A stretch of DNA of 64,000 nt from Myxococcota bacterium (GTDB lineage: Bacteria; Myxococcota_A; SURF-8; G963677705), in contig OY782497.1 in assembly GCA_963677705.1 (NCBI GenBank), forward strand, positions 4,458,417 through 4,522,416, read 5' to 3'. Every line of letters starts with the position of its first letter. The stretch's first letter is position 1. Positions 37,600 through 46,500 of this stretch are shown here, one piece after another. The position numbers and the translations under genes were made by a program. Below the pieces are notes generated by a model. The model made no database searches. It was given only the letters and a program-made list of their open reading frames with translations, and had not been told where the DNA came from.

Positions 37600-38289
37600 T
37601 TAAGAAATGGGCTTTTCGGATTTTTTGCGCAAGATCCGTTCACAGATACGTAAACCGCTGGCTGCATCCTGAGCCCAGTTTTCCGCGCCGATGTAATCCG
37701 CAACGCTGGCGTCCAGGCAGGTGCCACCAATCACAACCTGCGCGTTGTGTGATGCCTGTTGTTCCCGAAGTTTTTCCACGGCATCTTTAAGGGTATCAAT
37801 ACTGGTTGTCATCAGGCAACTTAAGCCGATCACGTCAAAGGGTTCCTGCGTGGCCTTTTCCAAGAAGTCTTCCACGGGTACGTCGACACCCAGATCCACC
37901 ACATCAAAGCCATGACAGGTGAGCATGAAGATGAACAGGTTTTTCCCCAGGTCGTGAATGTCCCCTTTGATCGTGCCGACCAGCGCCTTTCCCCGTTTGT
38001 GGCGGCTAGAGCTTGTTACAAGGTGAGGACGTAGGATTTCCGTAGCCACACGCATGATTTCTCCGGCCATGATCAGGGCGGAAATGTAGTACTCTCCGGC
38101 TTCAAAGCGAAGTCCCACCCGGCGCATTCCCTCCATGCAGGCATCCAGAAGATGCTCCGGCGCGACCCCTTCGTCCAGCAGGCTACGAAGCTGTTCATAG
38201 CTGTCTTCTTCAATCAGGTCCGCGATCCGTTGTGCCAAGACCTCCAACTGCGGATTGGACCCTTCGTTCTCATGTGTTGCGTTACTCAT
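37600..38289 (-). CDS. Second cobalamin-binding domain protein
   Basis: YYISALIMAGE cap, GDIHDLGKN, SCLMT, GG; start overlaps the GntR stop by 8 bp. Confidence 0.88.
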   Translation of the reverse strand: MSNATHENEGSNPQLEVLAQRIADLIEEDSYEQLRSLLDEGVAPEHLLDACMEGMRRVGLRFEAGEYYISALIMAGEIMRVATEILRPHLVTSSSRHKRGKALVGTIKGDIHDLGKNLFIFMLTCHGFDVVDLGVDVPVEDFLEKATQEPFDVIGLSCLMTTSIDTLKDAVEKLREQQASHNAQVVIGGTCLDASVADYIGAENWAQDAASGLRICERILRKKSEKPIS

Positions 38290-39136
38290 CCCAGATCCCG
38301 ATTCTGCTCACCAGGGGCATGATTTCCGGTGCAACCAGAAACCAGCCGATGGCAGCCGGTTTATTTTCAAAATCATAGAAATAGTGCTCAATTCTGAAAA
38401 TCGGTTTTCCCTGCTCAAGTTCAAGCAGACCCGCTTCCCGTTTTTCCAACAAGGTGGGAAGCAGGCGAAGTACCCCGCGCTTGAAGCGTGAATATCCCTC
38501 TTGAGATAATAACTCCGTAAGCACGGTGGTATCCAACATGCTTTCCACCGTGGGGGACTTCGGGTCCACGGCAGCATAGCTTACATGCAGGGTAAACGCT
38601 TTCTTCTTATAGTAGACGATACGCTCAACAAGAATGACGGAATGCCCCGGCGGCAGCTGAAGGAACTCGTGAGCGATGCCGGTGGTTTTTTCAACTTTGG
38701 AACTGATGATGCGCACGGAGAGGTTTTCCTGATCGGCGAAGACTTCACGCAGGGCATCCAGGTTGAAGGTGGTGGTGGCGACCTGAATCTTTCGGACAAA
38801 GGTTCCCTTGCCTTGGATACGGCGAATCAACCGTTCTTCTTCCAGCACGCTTACGGCCTGACGGGCGGTCATTGCACTGACGCCGTGGGCTTTGGCCAAC
38901 GCCGTTTCCGAGGGCAGGCGTTCGCCGGGAGAGTACAGACCTTGGGAGATGTTGGAACGCAGAATACTGGCAAGCTGGGCGTAAGCCGGAACCCGGCTGC
39001 GTTTATCCACCTTGTCCGGGGGTCCAGGCTGAGCCTGGCCATCCGCCGGTGGTAAAAGATGATCAAGATCCGACATCACGCACTTCGTAAGAATCAAGGA
39101 AGAAATCATCTGATGCAATTGATCAGTCAATAGCAC
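38282..39136 (-). CDS. GntR (HutC/UTRA-type) transcriptional regulator; true start probably 39076
   Basis: PAYAQL...GERLPSE...VSAMTARQA...QGKGTFV followed by a UTRA-like domain. Confidence 0.9.
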   Translation of the reverse strand: MLLTDQLHQMISSLILTKCVMSDLDHLLPPADGQAQPGPPDKVDKRSRVPAYAQLASILRSNISQGLYSPGERLPSETALAKAHGVSAMTARQAVSVLEEERLIRRIQGKGTFVRKIQVATTTFNLDALREVFADQENLSVRIISSKVEKTTGIAHEFLQLPPGHSVILVERIVYYKKKAFTLHVSYAAVDPKSPTVESMLDTTVLTELLSQEGYSRFKRGVLRLLPTLLEKREAGLLELEQGKPIFRIEHYFYDFENKPAAIGWFLVAPEIMPLVSRIGIWDE

Positions 39137-39702
39137 CAGTCAAAACAAAACATGAAACAAGAACAATGGGTTAGGAGGATGTGTAAGCCTCCAACTCCAT
39201 TAAAAATATCGGTATCCAACCGCTTTGTCAATCTTTTCCGTCGCTACGGTGCTTGTCGCCAGGATCCATAAGGCCGAGAGGCTACAAGGTTTTCAAGAAA
39301 ATACAGGAGTCTTCCACTTCAGAGTCGTGTTCAAATATATTTACCGACAATCAACATGAAGCCCGCCTCTCTCCTGGCAAAAAGACTGCAAGACCGAAAA
39401 TCAGGGATCGAAACACGCCGGATGAGGGATACCGTCCCCAGTTGGGTATCCTTGTTTGGGTATCGGACGAGACTTTTTCCAGGAACTGGAAAGTCTCAGT
39501 GTGGAACAACTCTTTCATATGAAAGGTATGTGGAACCGTGCTATTGGACAAAATTTGGCAATTCTTGCCAGCTTTTCCTTGCCAAAACCAAGAGTTGGGC
39601 CTTATTCTGTCTCTTCATGTATCGAATCCTGCTGCGGTTCAAGGATTTCTATGTGCGTGGGGGACGTTTCACAACTCTTGTTTCATTGATGGTGGTTGCT
39701 TG

Positions 39703-42700
39703 ATGGCTCGTGTACTTGTCGTGGATGACGAACGGGGAATTCGTGTTACCTTCGATGCTTTCTTAGCAGGGGAAGGTCACGAGGTTTTCACTGCAGAGTC
39801 TGTGGAGAAGGCCAAGGAAGTCTTGCACGAGAAAAGCATTGATGTGGTTGTCACCGATATGATCCTCCCTCAATCAAGCGGGATGGATTTGCTTTCCTTT
39901 CTACGTGACCATGACCCAAGCATTCAGAACATCGTCATCACCGGGGAACCCACGATGGAAAGCGTGGTACACGCCATGCGCCTGGGAGCCTTCGATTACC
40001 GCTCCAAGCCGGTCAGCGGAAAGGAGCTTGTGCAGATTGTCCGGGATGCGGCACGAAAGAAAGAAGAGATTGATACCACCCACCACCGTCTTCGTGAAAG
40101 CCGGGAAAAACTCCGCCTGATGGCTGAGAACCTTGATGATGTCATCTGGATGACGGACGAAGGCTACACGCTGACCTTTCTGACGCCTTCGGTACAGCGA
40201 CTGTTTGGTATCTCCAGGGAGGAAGGCCTGGGGCAATCCCTTGGCCTGTTGCTTGGTGACGAAGCCTTGGACAGAGTCCGTCAAGCAGCACAAGATGCCG
40301 TTGCACAGCAAGATCCCGTAACCTTGGAACTCACATGTCAGGGAGTAAACGATAAGCCCTGTTTCCTGGAAACAACCGTGCGACCCTTCTATGATGAAGA
40401 GGGGAACTTTATCGGATACCTTGGTGTCTTGCGGGATGTTGGCGAGCGTCGGATGATGGAGCGTAGCCTGCGTGAAAGCGAGCATAAATTCCGCAGTGTT
40501 GTTGAGAATTCTCTGCAAGGAATGATGATTCTTCAAGGGGAACCTCCCCGTTTCGTGTTTGCCAATCAGGCTTTGGCCAACATTTACGGAGGAACCCTGG
40601 GGGAACTGGTTGGTATGTCGGGAGAGCAACTGATTGACTTGGTTCATCCTGACGATCGCATGTGGTTTTTGGAGGATTATCGCAACCGACTTCAGGGCTG
40701 GACCTCTACACGAGGGTTGATTGTTCGTATTTTCCGCAAAGATGGTTCCTTGATCTGGGCAGAGATGTTCTCCAGCCGTATCACCTATGAAGGCCGACCG
40801 GCGGTCCAGGCTTCTGTGGTAGACATCACCCGGCGCAAGCTGGATGAAGAACAACTTCAGCGTTTCAACAAGGTCATGGATACCATCTCCGATGGTGTGG
40901 TGATTATGGGGCTGGATGGTCGGATCATTGACTCCAACCGCTCAATGTGTGAAACCTATGGTGTTGATTCGCTTCATGAAGCCTTGGGTCAGAATGCCTT
41001 GGAGTGGTTTGTGCCGGAAGATCGTCCCCTGGCCTATGAGCGGGTGAAAAGTCTGGAAGAAGTCGGTTCGTTGCAGAATCAGGTCTATCGCCTGGTTACT
41101 CGCAAGGGAAAGATTATTCCCCTTGAGGTCAATTCCTCATTGATTCGCGATTCCGAGAATAGACCGGTTGCGTTTACCGCCGTGCTTCGAGATATCAGTT
41201 CCCGCCTGGAGACGGAACGCACTCTCCGTGCCAATGAGGAAAAGTTTCACAAGGTTTTTTCCTTGAATCCGATGGCGATGGCCATCATCTCTCTGGAGGA
41301 CGGATCGGTTCTGGAAGTCAATGATGCCTTCATTGAAAATACCCAGCTTGACCGAAGCGAACTGACGACGTTTACCCTGCATGATTTCAAGTCCAGAGTA
41401 AAGACCGCCCGGTGGGCCGATTTGGTCGATGGCATCTTGGAAGGAAAATCGATTTTTCAGGTTCATGCTACATTTACGCGGGATAGCGGTGAAGAGAAAA
41501 TTGCTCTGGTATCTGCCGAACCGATGGAACTGAACCAGAGTCCCTGCACGATTCTGACAATCAATGATATTACCGAACTGGAGAACGCCCAGAAAGCTCT
41601 TCGTGAAAGTGAACAGCAATACCGTCTGTTGAATGAGAACATTTCGGATATCATCTGGATCGTGAATCTGGATATGGTTCAGACCTATCTAAGCCCTTCC
41701 GTGGAGCCGATTCTTGGCTATACAAGTCAGGAGTTGATGGGGAAACCCATTCATTACATCTACGATGAAGAGAGCCAGAAGAAGATTCTGCAGATTCTGG
41801 ATGAAGAACTGCGTATGGAAAGCAACCCGGAGGTCGATCCGAACCGCTATCGTCAAGTAGAACTACGTGCCTTTCACAAGAACGGTGAACCGCGTTATAT
41901 GGAAATCAATGCCCGGTTCATGCGCGACAGCGAAAAGCAGATCACCGGAATTGTGGGCGTGACCCGTGATGTCACCAAGCGACGTCTGGCCGAGCAACGT
42001 CTGGATGAAAGCCGGAAGCGTTTCCAGCAGCTTTCCGAGGCGATGTTTCTTGGTTTGCTGATTTTCCGTGATGAACGTATTCTGGAAGCCAATGAAGCGG
42101 CAAGCCGGATCACCGGGTATTCCCGGGATGAACTGTGTGGAATGTCCGTTTTGGATCTGCTGGCCGAAGAAAGCCATGATGCCGTCCGCAAGCGGATTGC
42201 CAACTCGGAATCCGGACGGAACCTGTCCAGAGGGCTGCGCAAGGATCAGGAACCCTATTGGATCGAAAGTTATAGCCAGAATATTGAGTACGAAGGCGAA
42301 CGGGCTAGAGTCACTACCTTTTGGGATATTACCGAAGAACGCAAAGCCGTGGAGGATGCTCAGCGTATGCAGAAGCAACTTCTTCACTGGCAGAAAATGG
42401 AAGCGGTTGGGCAATTGGCCGGAAGTCTGGCCCATGACTACAACAACTTGCTCACCGGTATTATCGGTAATATCGAACTGGCTATGATGGAATTGACGCC
42501 GGGAAAACCCGTGCGGCGTTATCTGGAGGAAAGCCGGGAATCGGTGCGTCACGCTGTGCGCTTGACCCGTCAGCTTCAAGAGTTTGGCAAAGGGCAGTCT
42601 TCACGCAAGAAAGCGATGCTTCCTCATGCGATGATGGAAGACATGAAGGGAATGCTGATTCGGGTTCTCGGCAATGATATCCGCTTGAATCTGCAATGTG

Positions 42701-43551
42701 CCACGGATGCGATGAAGATTCAGACCGACGCCGAGCAAATGGAGCAGCTTTTCTTCAATCTGGCCCTCAATGCGAAAGATGCCATGACAGAAGGTGGGAC
42801 GTTTACAATCCGTTCCAGTCTCTGCCGGGTCTCGGAATTACCAATGATGAACTCAACCCCGGAGGCCATGACAGAGCAGACGCTTGGGTGGTTGTGGGAA
42901 GTCTCCGATACAGGATGTGGCATGGATGAGGAAGTCAGTAGCCATGCCTTTGAACCGTTTTACAGCACCAAAGCAGAGGGAAGGGGATCGGGCCTGGGAC
43001 TGGCGATGGTCTACGGTATCGTCCGACGCCATGATGGCTTGGTTTCTTTGTCCAGCAAACCTGGTCAGGGAACCACCGTGAAGGTGTGGATTCCCTGCAT
43101 GGTGGATGAACAGGAAGTCAAGACGTCTTCCAAAGAGGCGAATCTGAAACCAGGCAGTCATCATGGGCGTATTCTGGTTGTGGAAGACGAGTCTACGGTG
43201 CGCATTGTGGTCGAGAAAATGCTTTTGCGACAGGGCTATGCCGTAACTGTGGCCTCGGATGCCCGTCAGGCTTTGGAATTGATGGAGCAGCGCCGGCTTC
43301 GGTTGGATCTTCTGATTTCCGATGTCTTGCTTCCCGGTTTGAATGGGCGTGAGCTGGCCTCCCTGCTGATGGAGCGTCAGCCGGACTTGAAAGTGATTTA
43401 TATGTCCGGTTTCACTGATGAGGTGTTCGGCCAGGAAGATATGGAAGATGAAAGTCTGCATTTCATCTCCAAACCCTTTGAACCCTCCGCCTTGCTCAGC
43501 TTGGTTGATGAGGTGATGAGTAAAGGCGCGGATGACCCCGCCGGAGAGTAG
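39703..43551 (+). CDS. Cytoplasmic hybrid histidine kinase REC-(PAS)x6-HisKA-HATPase-REC
   Basis: VLVVDDE..D..K receiver, six PAS/PAC units, AHDYNNLL H-box, N/G1/F/G2 boxes, C-terminal receiver; no TM. Confidence 0.92.
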   Translation: MARVLVVDDERGIRVTFDAFLAGEGHEVFTAESVEKAKEVLHEKSIDVVVTDMILPQSSGMDLLSFLRDHDPSIQNIVITGEPTMESVVHAMRLGAFDYRSKPVSGKELVQIVRDAARKKEEIDTTHHRLRESREKLRLMAENLDDVIWMTDEGYTLTFLTPSVQRLFGISREEGLGQSLGLLLGDEALDRVRQAAQDAVAQQDPVTLELTCQGVNDKPCFLETTVRPFYDEEGNFIGYLGVLRDVGERRMMERSLRESEHKFRSVVENSLQGMMILQGEPPRFVFANQALANIYGGTLGELVGMSGEQLIDLVHPDDRMWFLEDYRNRLQGWTSTRGLIVRIFRKDGSLIWAEMFSSRITYEGRPAVQASVVDITRRKLDEEQLQRFNKVMDTISDGVVIMGLDGRIIDSNRSMCETYGVDSLHEALGQNALEWFVPEDRPLAYERVKSLEEVGSLQNQVYRLVTRKGKIIPLEVNSSLIRDSENRPVAFTAVLRDISSRLETERTLRANEEKFHKVFSLNPMAMAIISLEDGSVLEVNDAFIENTQLDRSELTTFTLHDFKSRVKTARWADLVDGILEGKSIFQVHATFTRDSGEEKIALVSAEPMELNQSPCTILTINDITELENAQKALRESEQQYRLLNENISDIIWIVNLDMVQTYLSPSVEPILGYTSQELMGKPIHYIYDEESQKKILQILDEELRMESNPEVDPNRYRQVELRAFHKNGEPRYMEINARFMRDSEKQITGIVGVTRDVTKRRLAEQRLDESRKRFQQLSEAMFLGLLIFRDERILEANEAASRITGYSRDELCGMSVLDLLAEESHDAVRKRIANSESGRNLSRGLRKDQEPYWIESYSQNIEYEGERARVTTFWDITEERKAVEDAQRMQKQLLHWQKMEAVGQLAGSLAHDYNNLLTGIIGNIELAMMELTPGKPVRRYLEESRESVRHAVRLTRQLQEFGKGQSSRKKAMLPHAMMEDMKGMLIRVLGNDIRLNLQCATDAMKIQTDAEQMEQLFFNLALNAKDAMTEGGTFTIRSSLCRVSELPMMNSTPEAMTEQTLGWLWEVSDTGCGMDEEVSSHAFEPFYSTKAEGRGSGLGLAMVYGIVRRHDGLVSLSSKPGQGTTVKVWIPCMVDEQEVKTSSKEANLKPGSHHGRILVVEDESTVRIVVEKMLLRQGYAVTVASDARQALELMEQRRLRLDLLISDVLLPGLNGRELASLLMERQPDLKVIYMSGFTDEVFGQEDMEDESLHFISKPFEPSALLSLVDEVMSKGADDPAGE

Positions 43552-43590
43552 AAGGTCCGTTCTTTACCTGGATTCCTTGCGTCCCTTCGC

Positions 43591-46500
43591 TCAATCTTCC
43601 ACGGTGATGTGCAGGTGGGTTTGACCTCCACCCTGGCTTTGCGGTGTATCCGCGCTATCAACAAACACGAAGTAGCTTGTCCCTTCTTGAACCGATAGAT
43701 GCAAGCCGCTTTGCGGCGTGATGGTTGGGGCATCGTCACTGCAAGCCAACTCCCGCGTCGGGTCTTCGCAGAGTCCTTCACGGACATAAAGCAGGGTATC
43801 GAAATCCGATCCTTCCGTGGTGAGATACAAGGTTGAGTCTGACGGTGCCACGAAGGCGTAAACGTTCTCTTTGCCTGGATAGGGATAGCAACTGCCAAGG
43901 TGTCGGCTCGAAGCCAGATCGGATTGCCCGGTCAGATGCTCGCCGGGGACGGTGATCCAAAGCGGACGATGGCAGGTTCCGACGCAGCCTTCATCCACGT
44001 TTCCATCGCAGTTGTCATCAATACCATTGCCGCAGATGTCGTCTTGATTGGGGTGAATGGCTTCGTTCCGGTCGTTGCAGTCATGGGGGACCGTCACCCC
44101 GTCGTCATCAAAATCACAGCCGTCATCTGCCGTGCCGTTGCAGTTGTCATCAATCCCATTACCGCAGATTTCCGGCACGCCGGGATGGATGCTTGCTTGA
44201 TTGTCATTGCAATCGCTGGGGATGGGAAACTCGTCGTGATCTTCATCACAACCGTCATCAATAATGCCGTCGCAGTCGTTGTCGATACCGTTGCAATGAG
44301 CGGACTCTTCTTCGCCGGGGTTGCGGTTGGGGTTCAGATCGTCACAATCTCCCTGGCGTGGAGTATAGCCATCGTTGTCTTGATCGGTATCGCAACCATC
44401 GTCCACCACTTCATTGCAGTTGTGGTCTTTGGTGTCGCACAACTCCGGCGCGCCGTCATAGATGGTGGGGTCTTCGTCGTTGCAATCCAGGGGAGGGGAC
44501 ATGCCATCGTTGTCCTGGTCTACCACGGCGTGAATGGTCAGGGAGAGCAGGCCGTTTTCCACCGGGGCTTTGGAATCGACAATCAGGCTGTAACGCTCTC
44601 CGCGCACGACGGACCATTGCAAACCACTGCTGGGCTGGCCGTTGGCGTCGTCATTACAGGCCAACTCGCTCGTGGCATCTTGGCATTGGCTGCGTAAGGA
44701 AAGCACGGTATCAAGGCTCGAACCTTCCGTGGAGATAATCAGCTCTTTATTTGCCTGGGCGGTGAAGGCCAGCCGCAACTCCGGGCCATCCGGCGCTTCA
44801 AGGGCACAACCCTGACTTCGGGTGCTGTCCGGCAGGCCGACAAACGGCAAGCTGACCGCTACGGGGAGGCTCAGTTCGATGGGGTGGAAGCAGTCCGCGC
44901 CTTCACAACCCTGATTCATCGGCGTGTCCGGATCACAATCGTTGTCTTTGCCATCCCAACAGATTTCCTCGGCACCGGGGTAGGTTAAGGGGTCTTGGTC
45001 GTCACAGTCATCGGGAACGGTGGCTTGGTCTTCATCCACATCACAGCCGTTGTCGATGATCTCATCACAATCGTTGTCTTTGCCGTCGCAGAGTTCCTCG
45101 GCGCCGGGGTAGGTCAGTGGGTCTTGGTCGTCACAATCATCGGGAACGGTGGTGTGATCTTCATCCACATCACAGCCGTTGTCGATGATCTCATCACAAT
45201 CGTTGTCTTTGCCGTCGCAGAGTTCTTCGGCACCGGGGTAGGTTAAGGGGTCTTGGTCGTCACAATCATCGGGAACGGTAGCTTGGTCTTCATCCACATC
45301 ACAGCCGTTGTCGATGATCTCATCACAATCGTTGTCTTTGCCGTCGCAGATTTCCTCAGCACCGGGGTAGGTCAGCGGGTCTTGGTCGTCACAATCATCG
45401 GGAACGGTGGTGTGATCTTCATCCACATCACAGCCGTTGTCGATGATCTCATCACAATCGTTGTCTTTGCCGTCGCAGAGTTCCTCGGCGTCGGGATAAG
45501 TTAACGGATCGTCATCGTTGCAATCTCCTTGGCGGGGAGTGACGTTGTCTTCATCAAGATCGTCATCGCAGCCGTCATCTTCCGTGCCGTTACAGTCGTT
45601 GTCCACTCCATCGCATTGTTCTTCTGCGCCGGGATGGCGGTTCGGGTCTTCTTCATCGCAATCGAAGGGATAGACGCTGCCGTCTTCGTCGTAATCCGTC
45701 GCATCGACGCTTTGCAGGCGGATCAGGCCGCCGCCACCGGGAACGGCGGATGACACCTGAATAAACAGCTCATCCTGTTCCTGAACATCGACATAGCCCA
45801 CCGAATGGCTGCCTGATGGCTGGTCATCGTTGCAGAGGATTTCCGTTTCAGAAGCCGAACAGTTCTGACGAACCGAGAGGACGGTATCAATGGCGGAGCC
45901 TTCAGTGCTGAGGTACAAGCGTCCGGAGATGGGAGAAATCAGATGGAACAGGCTTGCATCCCCACCGCTCTCTGGGGCGCAGGATGCCTCCAACAGCGGG
46001 CCTTGGCCGAAGAGATCCCTCTCGATTGTACTGAATGCTTCCAACTCGATGGGGGCATCACAACGTCCTTGGGTTCCTTCGTCCACCTCACCATCGCAGT
46101 TGTTGTCGATACCATCGGGAAATTCCGTGGATTGCGGTGCGCGTAGGCTTGTCTGGTAGGAAAGCAGGTTCGTTGCCACGGGTTCGGTGTTATCGGGCCA
46201 GCTAAACGCTTCTTCCTCACTGTGAAAGAGAACCTTTACATTGCCCATCGCATTGAACAAGACGAGATTGCGTAGCGAAACCCGCGTGGGATGGGTTGAT
46301 TCAGGAATTACGATGGTCAGGCTGTCAATGGTCTGTCCGGCGACAGCCGCAGGCAGGAAAATGTCCCGTGTGGTCCAGCTTCCCTTGGCTTGGGCGCAAA
46401 GGTCCGTCTGGGCTGCAATGGTCAGGCCGTGGGAGTCGATAAGTTCCGGGTGATTTTCGATCAACGACCAACCGCTGTCATCATCGACCAAGGTCAGCCC

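Noticed and set aside
37600-38289. CarH/AerR-type B12 photoreceptor
   Set aside because: Lacks the W-x9-EH motif; the cap resembles methyltransferase corrinoid proteins
37332-39702. Cobalamin riboswitch near the corrinoid genes
   Set aside because: No recognisable B12-box or GGGAA/GCCACTG core by eye; an Infernal scan would be decisive
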